A DNA stretch of 64,000 nt from IMG/VR virus record IMGVR_UViG_3300036982_000125, positions 11,637-75,636 of that record; one strand, given 5' to 3'. Position numbers and translations under genes: made by a program. The stretch comes from a virus. Its lineage: Duplodnaviria; Caudoviricetes. Below the pieces are notes generated by a model, which saw nothing but the letters and a program-made list of their open reading frames with translations, made no database searches and had not been told where the DNA came from. Shown piece by piece: positions 31,547 through 41,745 of this stretch. Positions within the stretch are counted from its first letter, which is position 1. The number at the start of each line of letters is the position of its first letter.

Positions 31547-32413
31547 TTATTTGTATGAAATCTGTGTTACTCCCAACATAAATTGGCTTACTAGATGAGT
31601 TGTTGATGTGTTATCTAATATATGTCTCACTTTTAATTCTTTTGCTCTTAAAGGAGATTTCTTAAAGCTTCTAGGACCATAGTCCATGTTAGCTTGGTTT
31701 ACTATCTTATCAACAGAAAGACTTTCACAAGTTGTTCTAAACAATGGAATCTGAGAACTTTTCTCTGCAGCCCAGAATGTATTATACTGATAGAAGTTAT
31801 CACTTTTAGTATAAGTGATAGTTTTGCTTTCAGCATTCAATATAGGATATTGCAAGTAAGCTTTTAAATTATGAAGAGGCTTAGCCACAAGCTCTAACAC
31901 ACCAGAACTCTGTTGTCCATTATATAAAATAGCTTTGTTAAACCATTTATCATTTGTTTCTATTCTTGTGTTATCATCAAACACACCATCAAATATTGGA
32001 AGATATTCAAATGCTCTAGTATAGTCTTTTACATTCTGTAAGATTTCATCTTGGAATTGATATGAAAAAGGATACTCAATTATGTATGGTTGTATGTTTC
32101 CATAGAATGTGTTGTAAAGACTTATGTTAGTTAAGTGTCTCCATATACATGCTGTCATAGTTTGTGAAAATTGAACAGTAGCATATTGTTCTGTTGTTAT
32201 AGGAGCAAGAGTTACTACCTTTTCCACCTTACAACTTCCTGTAGATTTTATAACAAGTAATGTAACATTATCATTTACAGTGTAACTAATACCAGCAATA
32301 AGAGTTCTCTTAAGAACATCTTGTGCTATTATATTACCAAACTGATCAGAGATGGTGAATGGTCCAGTATTAGGGCCAGCCTTTGTTAATTTTATGGTTA
32401 TAGTCTTTGACAT
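31547..32413 (-). CDS. Tail protein, probably the C-terminal part of the split muzzle/stabilisation protein
   Basis: 288 aa. N-terminal ITLTKAGPNTGPF module shared with 41746 and 42104, then WRH...FYG...PYIIEY and FNKAILYNGQQSSG. Confidence 0.55.
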   Translation of the reverse strand: MSKTITIKLTKAGPNTGPFTISDQFGNIIAQDVLKRTLIAGISYTVNDNVTLLVIKSTGSCKVEKVVTLAPITTEQYATVQFSQTMTACIWRHLTNISLYNTFYGNIQPYIIEYPFSYQFQDEILQNVKDYTRAFEYLPIFDGVFDDNTRIETNDKWFNKAILYNGQQSSGVLELVAKPLHNLKAYLQYPILNAESKTITYTKSDNFYQYNTFWAAEKSSQIPLFRTTCESLSVDKIVNQANMDYGPRSFKKSPLRAKELKVRHILDNTSTTHLVSQFMLGVTQISYK

Positions 32414-32414
32414 A

Positions 32415-35400
32415 TTAGCAAGGTCCGTTATTAGTTAATGTTACATCCATTGAAGTTGATATACAACATCTTGCACAGAAAGTTGTAGATGAAGGTCCTC
32501 CTCCTGCATTACCTACATTTACGGTTGCTGGTAATCCTGCACAATCTGTATATGGTACTGAAACTACACCCACTGTAGATTTAATAACAGTGAACGATGT
32601 ACAAGGTAATGTAGTGGTGGTGGTGGTAGTAGATGGTACAACACATGGTACTATTTCAACAATCACTCCTGCTACAACATGATATACATCTGTTGTTGTA
32701 TTTGCACTTTCATCTGTAAAGTACCAACCATCAGGTATTACATCACAATTAGTTGTGCCATTATTTACATATACTGTTTGTGATAATGTAAGACTAAATG
32801 CATCTCCAATAATTTCTGTATATACAAATTCTGTATTTGTTGTTACATATGTAATTGCATTACATGCATCTACTTGACTTGCTGTTGAAACAACATTTGA
32901 TGGTGGATCTATTATATCATATCCTGTAACTAATGTAAATGGTCTTAATCCCTGAGGTCTTGCACAAACTGGAGGAACTGTAATTACACCTGTTCCTTCT
33001 AATTCACAATATGTTATTCTTCCTTGTCCAACTAGTAAACAATTTAAAGATGTTGATGTAGTACTAGTAGTAGTTGTTATAATAGATTGTGTACTAGTAG
33101 TAGTTGTTGTACTAGGTGTAGGAACTATTTCTCCTGCAATTATATCAAACTCATCACAACATCCATTGATTCCTGAATAGAAGAAATTGTTTTCTGCTAT
33201 ATAGAAATTAGGAATATAACTATGAAAAGAAATCCAACTCTTGGTATTCATATTATATGAAAGTGTCCAAGACTTATTACAGAAGTATTCTTTATCTGTT
33301 AAATACACTTGTGTTCTAAATGTAAATTCATTTATTGTTTCTTCAATATAGAATTCTCTAAGTATAGGGTCATATTTAATATTAGGATCTAATGGAATGT
33401 AATCAAGTTTTGATATAATAACTCTATCAAACTTACTATCATATACACCATGGAGTCCTATACCTGTAAAGTTATTATCTATATTTACATCTGGATAATA
33501 TCTTAATATTTCAAATGCTAAATGATCTGTAAAGAATCTATTCATTCCAGAACCAAATGCAGATAGATCTACTGATTCAGTACCAGAGATTAAGAACACT
33601 TGTCCTCTCTTAGCATCTACAGTAATCTGTCCTTGTGGTATTTTTAATAAGAATTTGTTTTGACTTCCTACATATCCAAGATCTGTTTCAGCAAAGTCAA
33701 TTGGAGGAGCACCTTTAAACAATGCTGGATTACCTACATAGGCAGCTTGTGGATTACTTGTATCAATTGTTAATAGATTATTATACATCAATGTCTTATT
33801 TTCAAATCTAGCTAATACAGCTTTGTTTTGAATACCATCTAATGATATTAAGTTTCCAAAGTTTTGAGGAAAGTCAAAATATGATAATGCTCTATATGTT
33901 AACCAACTATTCACTTTATTATCTGAATCTATATTTTGTGAATCAGAATAGATTGCTCTAAATGGATAATATGTATAACATAACTGAGTAGTCCAATCTG
34001 GAGGAAGATGTGTAAATACATTTTCTCTATTTTGTTTAGAGAATGTTACATTATATGTATATGTATTATCGTTTGCTATAGATACATAAGTTTCCTGTAC
34101 CCAATCATCAGGAATACCTGTTGATACATGAGGCCAGAAATCTCCTTCTCTATTATTAAATGCTTGTCTAAGATCTGTATTATAAGAACTCTCACAATAG
34201 AAGTTAGGAATACCATATGCAAACAAATAGAAGTATCCATCATAATATGTTCTATTAGGATTATTATCTGGAGGACCAGGCAATTGACTATTAGGACAAT
34301 CAAAATTATGTGCTTTATATGATATAATATTTGTTAATGTACCTATACCACCAGGTTGCACTGTATAATCTTTTAGTATAGATCTAGCAGAGTGCCAGTA
34401 TGCTGGATAAGCTATGTTACCAATCTCATCATAGAATATATCACTATCATCAGGAGCGTTAACTCTATTGTCAATAAAGAATGGAAGCTTAGTCTTAAAT
34501 GCAAATCTAGAAATAAATGTATCTCCACCAAAAACTATTGAGTTTCCTGTTGAATAAATATTTGTTTGGAATCCTGTATCAATTGTTTCATAAGAATATA
34601 TTTGTCCCCATTGATTTATAAATTCATTTTTTAATGAAGCATAATATGAAACTACACGTAAGTCTTGTTCTTTCTCTGGAGAAGCACATGCGTCTGTATC
34701 TCCAATAGTAAATCTAGAATAATCTGTAACTTTAGGACTTCCTGAAACAATCATGTTAGGACTATTACTAGGAAATGGTAATGGAGGTACTGATGTAATA
34801 CCATCTTCTCTAAAATCTTCTGTTCTTAAATAAACTGAAGATTCTCTTCTATAGTTATTAACAGGGAATGTATCTCCTACAGATTCAACTCCAGGAATAA
34901 GATATCTTTTTATATCTAAGTTTCTTTGTTTAACTCCTTGGTTATTAGGTATAGATTCTGAATAGTTATAATCAGCAATTGAATTAAATGATTGAGCATA
35001 GTTTTTTCTTGTAATACCATTTACATATATAGTTAAATATGCTTGATATACAGTGAACATTGCTGTAGCATTAAATCCTGTACTTATAGATCCAACATCT
35101 TGAGCACTTTTTAAAGCATCTCGTTGAGCTTCTTCTGTAAGTAATTTATATTTAGCATTACTCTTCACTTGAGTAAAATGTGCCTTCCCTCCACCAAATA
35201 TTACATTTTCTAACTTAAGAATATTTCCTAAGAACGGTTGTCCAAAAGAAGTTTCTGGTGAATTAAAGACTTGTCTGTATGCTAAGTTTGGATTAGCGGT
35301 TATTGCTTTTTGAGGAACTTCTTCTTTACAATCAGGAATTCTAATTTTGGTAATTAAACGAAATTCTTGATTACCATTATTTGAAGCATTAGTTGGACTA

Positions 35401-37661
35401 GTATCTTCCTTACAATTTAAATAATATGATCCTCCTCCAAGCAACCCACCAGGTACCCATTCAGTTGATCTACCCATTACTGTATCTTCCCATTCAACTG
35501 TATATCCAGCTTTCCCAGTTCCAATATCAGTTGTACCAACATAAACAAACCATACATCATAATTTGATGGAGATACATTAGCTACTGTTCCAAAAGTAGG
35601 TGTTTCAAGACCACCTCTATTAGTATCCATTTTATTAAATTGTCCTGGACCAAGTGGTAAAGGTCTAGTAATAGAACATTGTACAGTCTTTCCTAATTTA
35701 TCAATTTTTATTACTGATGTTTTATTATTGTTACAACTAGTGATTCGAAATTCAACATACGTAGGATTATCCACTGGCATATTAAATTCAAACACATTAA
35801 TATCCCATGGTTCACATAATTCTGTCCATGCATTATTCACCTCATTTAGAAATGGATCTATATTAAGATCATTATATGGATAGTTTGGGTAGTAGTAATT
35901 TTGACCTTCTCTTTCATATGTTCCTACATTTCTAAGAATACCTTTTGCTACAATAGATTTATTTGTTCCTCTATCTCCTCTTACTATTTTATATCCAATA
36001 ATATCATCTTGTTGATCAGTAGTTAATTGAGATGCAGTGATGAGATTTCTTATCTGATCATTATCCACTCTAACACCAATAGGGAATACAGCATCATTAC
36101 CCATCACCATTGATCCAGAACTAACAAATAATTTTGATTCAAATGCTGGACTAACAAGAATATCTGGAAACTTATGGTGTCTAATATTTTGACCAGCAAG
36201 CTCACCCCATACATTTGTATTACAAGGATATTCATCTGTAGATTCCCAATAAGCAAATTCACCATATTGATATGGTCCTTTGTAAGTAGGATCTGGTAAA
36301 TATTCTGAAGATGTACCAACAACACTTGCTGTGTTATATATTTTCCAATAAGGACTATAATTTGTACCTGGATCTGGTTGTCCAATAAAATCTGGATCAG
36401 TATCAAAAATTAAAGGACTTGTATTTTCAATAATACCTCTCTCTCTTCCAGGTATATGAAAACCATCTGTTTGCTTTCCATTCTTCAATAAGAATACAAT
36501 TTCAAATGCATACACTTCATCACGTAGATACCCACGTAAGTTTGTAGCATTTACTCCATCAGCATAATTTTCATTAGCAGGGATTCTATATGTTTCCCAT
36601 AATAGAGTTATGTTAGAAGCAATTTCTTGATAGTTAATTCTATTTATAGATGTAAGGTTATCCCATACAAGAATATCTTGTACAGAAGTAACATCTTGAG
36701 CTATATCATAGTAAGGAAACTTCTCAAATATATCATTGATAGTTAACTTTATCTGAATTTTATTTTGACCTGTATAAGTAATCTGGTCATAAGATTGTTC
36801 AATAAAATATGTTCCTACTAATTCTACAGAAGTTATTCCATTAACTGTTTTGATAACAGCTAAATTAAAATATTGATATTGACCTGTAACATCTAAGTCT
36901 GTTAGATTAAGAACAATAGATCTTCCTACAACATAATTAAAATTAACTGTTGTTAAAAAAGGATCTGCAATAGGTGTAGGATTGGTAACAGAATAATATG
37001 ATGTATAAGGATTACCAGAAGCATCAGAATACTGAGCAGCAAACTGATATGTACCAGCAACAAGTTCCCCTCCTGTAGTAATATCTACTACATCAATTTG
37101 AGGAATACTAAAGTTTGGTTGTAGCTTAAGTTGATTACAATCTAATTCATCACTATATACAGGATTACAAAGACTACTACCTGATTGTAATAATCTTGGA
37201 ATATCATTAATATCTAAATACCTTCTAGGATTAATACCATCTGTCCAATATATCTCTATTGTACAATTAGTAATCTTATGTACAGTTTTATGTATAGGAT
37301 GGTTTATACTAAAGTTAAGACATACTGCAGATACTAATGTATGATAGATACAATCATTGTTATCCATATATCCAATCTCACTATCATTTGTATCAGGATT
37401 AGTTATATAGAATATATGTTTATTCTTTTCATTAATAAAATGTGTACCAATTAATATAAATCCTTTAGGAAACGTAACACATAATTCATTACCTTGTTCA
37501 TTCTGATAATTAACAGAACTAGAATCAAAGTTTTCTAAAGCAGCGTTCAAAGCATAAGTTAGTGTACCTGGTTTAATTTGGTTCAAAGTTTGATCCATAT
37601 TTAAACCAATAGTAGCATTGTTGTATTCTGCTCTAATATTACCTTGTTGTTCTTCAGCCAT
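32415..37661 (-). CDS. Tail stabilisation/muzzle protein (P22 gp10-like beta-propeller) with Thr/Cys-rich C-terminal appendage
   Basis: 1748 aa. GLNMD...TYALNA N-terminus; KSWTLSY...SWISFHSYIP near the end of the core; position after ring and IHF-like genes as in crAss-like phages. Confidence 0.7.
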   Translation of the reverse strand: MAEEQQGNIRAEYNNATIGLNMDQTLNQIKPGTLTYALNAALENFDSSSVNYQNEQGNELCVTFPKGFILIGTHFINEKNKHIFYITNPDTNDSEIGYMDNNDCIYHTLVSAVCLNFSINHPIHKTVHKITNCTIEIYWTDGINPRRYLDINDIPRLLQSGSSLCNPVYSDELDCNQLKLQPNFSIPQIDVVDITTGGELVAGTYQFAAQYSDASGNPYTSYYSVTNPTPIADPFLTTVNFNYVVGRSIVLNLTDLDVTGQYQYFNLAVIKTVNGITSVELVGTYFIEQSYDQITYTGQNKIQIKLTINDIFEKFPYYDIAQDVTSVQDILVWDNLTSINRINYQEIASNITLLWETYRIPANENYADGVNATNLRGYLRDEVYAFEIVFLLKNGKQTDGFHIPGRERGIIENTSPLIFDTDPDFIGQPDPGTNYSPYWKIYNTASVVGTSSEYLPDPTYKGPYQYGEFAYWESTDEYPCNTNVWGELAGQNIRHHKFPDILVSPAFESKLFVSSGSMVMGNDAVFPIGVRVDNDQIRNLITASQLTTDQQDDIIGYKIVRGDRGTNKSIVAKGILRNVGTYEREGQNYYYPNYPYNDLNIDPFLNEVNNAWTELCEPWDINVFEFNMPVDNPTYVEFRITSCNNNKTSVIKIDKLGKTVQCSITRPLPLGPGQFNKMDTNRGGLETPTFGTVANVSPSNYDVWFVYVGTTDIGTGKAGYTVEWEDTVMGRSTEWVPGGLLGGGSYYLNCKEDTSPTNASNNGNQEFRLITKIRIPDCKEEVPQKAITANPNLAYRQVFNSPETSFGQPFLGNILKLENVIFGGGKAHFTQVKSNAKYKLLTEEAQRDALKSAQDVGSISTGFNATAMFTVYQAYLTIYVNGITRKNYAQSFNSIADYNYSESIPNNQGVKQRNLDIKRYLIPGVESVGDTFPVNNYRRESSVYLRTEDFREDGITSVPPLPFPSNSPNMIVSGSPKVTDYSRFTIGDTDACASPEKEQDLRVVSYYASLKNEFINQWGQIYSYETIDTGFQTNIYSTGNSIVFGGDTFISRFAFKTKLPFFIDNRVNAPDDSDIFYDEIGNIAYPAYWHSARSILKDYTVQPGGIGTLTNIISYKAHNFDCPNSQLPGPPDNNPNRTYYDGYFYLFAYGIPNFYCESSYNTDLRQAFNNREGDFWPHVSTGIPDDWVQETYVSIANDNTYTYNVTFSKQNRENVFTHLPPDWTTQLCYTYYPFRAIYSDSQNIDSDNKVNSWLTYRALSYFDFPQNFGNLISLDGIQNKAVLARFENKTLMYNNLLTIDTSNPQAAYVGNPALFKGAPPIDFAETDLGYVGSQNKFLLKIPQGQITVDAKRGQVFLISGTESVDLSAFGSGMNRFFTDHLAFEILRYYPDVNIDNNFTGIGLHGVYDSKFDRVIISKLDYIPLDPNIKYDPILREFYIEETINEFTFRTQVYLTDKEYFCNKSWTLSYNMNTKSWISFHSYIPNFYIAENNFFYSGINGCCDEFDIIAGEIVPTPSTTTTTSTQSIITTTTSTTSTSLNCLLVGQGRITYCELEGTGVITVPPVCARPQGLRPFTLVTGYDIIDPPSNVVSTASQVDACNAITYVTTNTEFVYTEIIGDAFSLTLSQTVYVNNGTTNCDVIPDGWYFTDESANTTTDVYHVVAGVIVEIVPCVVPSTTTTTTTLPCTSFTVIKSTVGVVSVPYTDCAGLPATVNVGNAGGGPSSTTFCARCCISTSMDVTLTNNGPC

Positions 37662-37669
37662 GGTGTATA

Positions 37670-38644
37670 TTAATTATTACGTCTTCTACCATATCTATTA
37701 GTACGGTTAGGAAGTTCATACATATTAAATCTATTAAGATCATTTTTGATCCTTCTTTGTTTCTCCCAAGGAGTTTGTTTCTTTATTTCAATATCAGCCA
37801 TAATATAAGCTTCTTCATAAGCTTGTTTATGATACATCAACTTCTGTTGTAACTGATTAAAAGTTTCATCATTAGTTTGATTTGTAAGAGTTTCAAATAT
37901 CTTAAACTTAAGAAATGCTTCTACATATTCTCTAATACGATAGTTATCAGGAATTAATTGATTTCCTATCTCATCATACTCTGTAGCATAGAATATTAAA
38001 TGAACAACACCATTTCTAAAATTAGTTACAAACTTATTATCTCGTATATCAAAACTATCATAACTAGCAGCACCAGGTGTGAACTCATGAATAGGAGGAG
38101 CTTCTGAATACATTTCCCAGTTGTTTGTATATTCCACTCCACAGTTTTGTCTTGCAGAGATGTTTCCAGGCTTAAGTAAGTAGTCATGAGTAAATCCTCT
38201 TGCTACACTATTATTTGTCTTGTATACAGCTTGTACTAACACAGGCATGCATGTACCATCACAGTTTGAATTTTGACAACCAGGATTATTACAAGGTGTT
38301 CCTCCAATAGTTAATGGGGCCACTTGTATAGTGGTAGCTGAAGCAGCTTGTGAATAAAATGAATTAGCTGATTGATAAGGATAACCAGCTACCTCTGTAG
38401 TCATCCATGCTTCTCTAACAGCATAAAAGTTATCAGGAAGTCTAGCTTGAAAGTCTTCAATAAACAAAACTTCATCTGTAATTACATAGGTAGTTCTTCC
38501 TAACTTCTTTAGAGCTTTGTCTAAGTAAGTAGGAAATAAAAGATCATCCACAGCACCTGTATCAAAGTAAGATTTTAATTCTTCTTTAACAGTTGAATAA
38601 ACAGGTTCTGGGCTTACGAAAGCATATTTATAATAGTAACTCAT
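37670..38644 (-). CDS. Tail tubular/ring protein
   Basis: 324 aa; synteny (IHF-like, tubular protein, muzzle); YDSFDI...FVTNFRNGVVHLIFY beta-rich region. Confidence 0.55.
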   Translation of the reverse strand: MSYYYKYAFVSPEPVYSTVKEELKSYFDTGAVDDLLFPTYLDKALKKLGRTTYVITDEVLFIEDFQARLPDNFYAVREAWMTTEVAGYPYQSANSFYSQAASATTIQVAPLTIGGTPCNNPGCQNSNCDGTCMPVLVQAVYKTNNSVARGFTHDYLLKPGNISARQNCGVEYTNNWEMYSEAPPIHEFTPGAASYDSFDIRDNKFVTNFRNGVVHLIFYATEYDEIGNQLIPDNYRIREYVEAFLKFKIFETLTNQTNDETFNQLQQKLMYHKQAYEEAYIMADIEIKKQTPWEKQRRIKNDLNRFNMYELPNRTNRYGRRRNN

Positions 38645-38650
38645 AGTTTA

Positions 38651-39130
38651 TTATTTTTTCCATTCATGATATAAATGTTGATACTTATCGCTGGTTTTTA
38701 AGTAATGTGATAGAAGTCTTGATGTAAGTCTAGAAGGTTTGAAATACCAAAGATCAGAATTCTTAAAGCGTGCTGAAGTTTTAAACCACATCCAACCAAA
38801 AAAGTATCCTTCTGTATGATAGTTAAAATTATATATTACCTTTCCTTTTTCTTTAGTTTTTTGCCAGTCAATTGGTAAGTTAACAAATTCTTTTCCATTA
38901 GCTAGTTTTATTTTTCTTCTTTTCTTTTTATTGATAGAGAACTCTCCAAATCCATAAGGTAGTTTTGCTTTATCACCTGTCTCTAATATATACTCTTTAA
39001 ATGATTCATTCCAAGTGTACAATATATTTCTCCACTCATCATATGTCAGTTTTATAGATGGATGTTTTTTACAAAACAATACATAGTTATCTTTACTAGA
39101 AGATCTCCAATCTATTTTAACTCTTGACAT
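38651..39130 (-). CDS. HU/IHF-like DNA-binding protein
   Basis: 159 aa, basic; KAKLPYGFGEFSINKKKRR matches the HU/IHF GFGxF arm; conserved position in crAss-like tail modules. Confidence 0.65.
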   Translation of the reverse strand: MSRVKIDWRSSSKDNYVLFCKKHPSIKLTYDEWRNILYTWNESFKEYILETGDKAKLPYGFGEFSINKKKRRKIKLANGKEFVNLPIDWQKTKEKGKVIYNFNYHTEGYFFGWMWFKTSARFKNSDLWYFKPSRLTSRLLSHYLKTSDKYQHLYHEWKK

Positions 39131-39133
39131 ATA

Positions 39134-39859
39134 TTAATTAGTTGGTTTTGAGTTTGGTGCTTGTCCATCTATTCCTTCTTGACTAGTATCAGTTTTAAGA
39201 TTGAAATATGTAGACAATAGTTTCTTTGATGTTAATTCTAAGACTTGTTGTTCTAAGTATCCAGGAAGTGGAAACTCTTTATCTAATGGATTCATACATA
39301 ACTGTTCGTTTGTATAATCTGGTGTACCACATCCACATTCAGGATACATGATATCATTTTCTACATCTTCTTCAAACAATGCTACAAATCTAATTGCTTT
39401 AAGTAAAGGATTGTTTACATATAAATATCCATTTGATATCCAGAAGTATTCTTCTTTCTTGATTACAGGAAGTTTAAGTAAGTTTAAATATCTATTAATA
39501 GATATTTCTTTTAACTTCTTTCCTTGACCACTCATAGCATTAATAGAATAAACTCCTTGTATTACATATTGGTAATTACCTTCTGATATACGTGGGAGTT
39601 TAAATTTAGTTCTAGCTATAGAACAAGGATCTACATAGTTACAACATTCAGAAATAGATACCTCTATCATCTCTAAACAAGGGATGGTAGTGAATAGTGT
39701 ATCAGTTGCCCAAAGCTTTCTAAGATTGGTCTCTCTCTTGATACTAAGAAGTGAATTACTTTTTAATTCAGCAAAAATAGCACGATCTGTAATTAAACTA
39801 TCAGTGCTTAAAATTTTATGCATAGATCTAATGCTACTAACAAGATATCGTCCAGTCAT
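39134..39859 (-). CDS. Tail ring/adaptor protein
   Basis: 241 aa; synteny only, plus a C-terminal DKEFPLPGYLEQQV pattern typical of ring proteins. Confidence 0.5.
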   Translation of the reverse strand: MTGRYLVSSIRSMHKILSTDSLITDRAIFAELKSNSLLSIKRETNLRKLWATDTLFTTIPCLEMIEVSISECCNYVDPCSIARTKFKLPRISEGNYQYVIQGVYSINAMSGQGKKLKEISINRYLNLLKLPVIKKEEYFWISNGYLYVNNPLLKAIRFVALFEEDVENDIMYPECGCGTPDYTNEQLCMNPLDKEFPLPGYLEQQVLELTSKKLLSTYFNLKTDTSQEGIDGQAPNSKPTN

Positions 39860-40326
39860 TTTATTTTTGTTTTATACTTTCCTCTTTTTCTCCCCAATAA
39901 AGAGTTTTTAATTTTTAATTTTGTTTCATCAGAATGTTTTAAATCTGTATGAGATTTATTTCCAATTCCATATTTGTTACCAAGCATAAACTTTTTCATA
40001 GTTTCTGTTTGAATATCACTCCATTTATTTCCTAATAGACCTTCTCCTCCTGCAGTTTGATTGTATCCAAAATCATAACTATTAAAATTTTTAATACTTT
40101 TTATTTCTTCTAGTATACAATCTTCTTTAATGCATTCTTTTATTATCTCATAGTTAAAACAATCTACACCATACTTATTATATGAAGCTTGCAAATGTTT
40201 ATTATAATGATTTCCTAAAGATAACTCTTTAAAGTGTCTATTTATTCTATATTGTAATCTAACTGCTTTACCTATATAAGATTTATTATTTACAATATTA
40301 TATATTCTATAAATACCTATTGCCAT
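39856..40326 (-). mobile_element. Free-standing GIY-YIG homing endonuclease (NUMOD3)
   Basis: IGIYRIYNIVNNKSYIGKA...RINRH; catalytic E (EIKSI) and YNQTAGG; HSDETKLKIKNSLLG. Confidence 0.9.
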
Positions 40327-40329
40327 AAT

Positions 40330-41559
40330 TTATATTCTTGTTTCGAACTCTGCTACTTTTCCTAGTTTACTATCATAAACTAGAGCAAGAGCTGCACGTA
40401 CAGAATGTACGAAGTTATTATCTAAGTGCCAACGGTCTGTACCAGACAAACTTGGCATTTGTTGTATTCTTACACCTTTGACTTCTTTAGCCATATAGTG
40501 ATGTTTATCTCCTGTATGCACCTCTCTATATTTAGCATTACCAAATGCTTGACTATATTGAGGATGTGTTGCAAATAATAAAGGAAGGTCTTCTAACTTA
40601 CAGTTACCATGATGCCATCCTATAAATGTATTACCAAGTGTTAATCCTTTAATAACTGAATGTTCTCTTATAAATTCTACATCAAGATTATCTTTGAAAT
40701 ATACATCTAATGCATGTGCTAAATAAAAAGACTTAGTTCTGTCATGATTACCTTGTACAAGTATTACCTGTACAGTGCTAGAACGTTGTCTCAACATATT
40801 AATTGTATCTACAAGAACAGCGAATCCTAATTCATATTCTGAATGGTAATCCATTATAGTATCTTGTGGTGTACCTTGTGTGGTTTGGTGTTGATAGTTA
40901 TCAGTATGAAAGAAATCATTTGATATAGGCAACACTACAGTGTTTATATTGTAATTAGCTTCCACTTTACAGATCAAAGATTGAGCCACATTAAAATATC
41001 TTAAAGCTCTTGTTTTTGGATCATTATCACCATCTACACATTTTTTAGCTAAATGATAATCAGCTATAGATATTTCTACATCTACATAATCTTTATTAGC
41101 AGTAAGATCTTTTTTAGTAATTGATATATTATTTGGTTTGTAGTTTTCTAAAAACTTAGCAAAGTCTTCTGGAGAGTAATCTTTTGGTTCTTTTCTTTTT
41201 GAAAAGATTGAAGAAGTAAAACTTCCACTTGGTAACATCTTAGACCAATAGTTGGTAATAACGTATTTATCTAGGTTTATCTTGTGTAGCTTAGCTAACT
41301 CAAGATCATCTTTAGGTTCAAATGCACTAGTGACAGTGCTTTCTATTGTTCCTTTTTCAACATTTACTTTTCTAATTTCTCCTGTAGAAGTATTATATAT
41401 ATATGGAGTTGGGGGTTCATTGTCTTTCTCTCTGAGCTCTTTGAGAAGCTCATTCACTTCGTATTCACTTATTCCTAATTTCTCTGCATAGAACTTTTTA
41501 CTCTTCTTCTGCGTTAACAACTCTTCTAATCTGTATAATAAACTTTGATTTTCAGACAT
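40330..41559 (-). CDS. Calcineurin-like metallophosphoesterase with N-terminal HTH
   Basis: 409 aa; IADYH (DxH), SNDFFH, VQGNHD, GWHHG and HTGDKHH motifs. Confidence 0.85.
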   Translation of the reverse strand: MSENQSLLYRLEELLTQKKSKKFYAEKLGISEYEVNELLKELREKDNEPPTPYIYNTSTGEIRKVNVEKGTIESTVTSAFEPKDDLELAKLHKINLDKYVITNYWSKMLPSGSFTSSIFSKRKEPKDYSPEDFAKFLENYKPNNISITKKDLTANKDYVDVEISIADYHLAKKCVDGDNDPKTRALRYFNVAQSLICKVEANYNINTVVLPISNDFFHTDNYQHQTTQGTPQDTIMDYHSEYELGFAVLVDTINMLRQRSSTVQVILVQGNHDRTKSFYLAHALDVYFKDNLDVEFIREHSVIKGLTLGNTFIGWHHGNCKLEDLPLLFATHPQYSQAFGNAKYREVHTGDKHHYMAKEVKGVRIQQMPSLSGTDRWHLDNNFVHSVRAALALVYDSKLGKVAEFETRI

Positions 41560-41587
41560 ATGTATTTATATTAGTTAAAAAATATCG

Positions 41588-41619
41588 TAAAGATAAACAA
41601 TAGTTTTTATATAATCCAA
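41588..41619 (-). promoter_or_regulatory. Bacteroidota-type promoter for the phosphoesterase/tail block
   Basis: TTG(41619-41617)-N21-TATCTTTA(41595-41588), one mismatch to TAnnTTTG; located downstream of a terminator. Confidence 0.55.
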
Positions 41620-41644
41620 ATAATTTTAGTTAGAGTTGTAATTA

Positions 41645-41667
41645 TTTATAATCAAATTAGTTATAAA
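41645..41667. promoter_or_regulatory. 23 bp palindromic operator-like box, copy 2
   Basis: TTTATAATCAAATTAGTTATAAA; same 25 nt gap to the -33 TTG as copy 1. Confidence 0.55.
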
Positions 41668-41698
41668 ACAAAAACTCCCCAAGAAAAGTCTTGAGGAG
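41665..41698 (-). terminator. Rho-independent terminator
   Basis: Minus strand CTCCTCAAGA-CTTT-TCTTGGGGAG followed by TTTTTGTTTT. Confidence 0.75.
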
Positions 41699-41745
41699 AA
41701 ACTTTGTAAAACCAACAAAACAAAGTTTTTTATTATTAGTTACTA

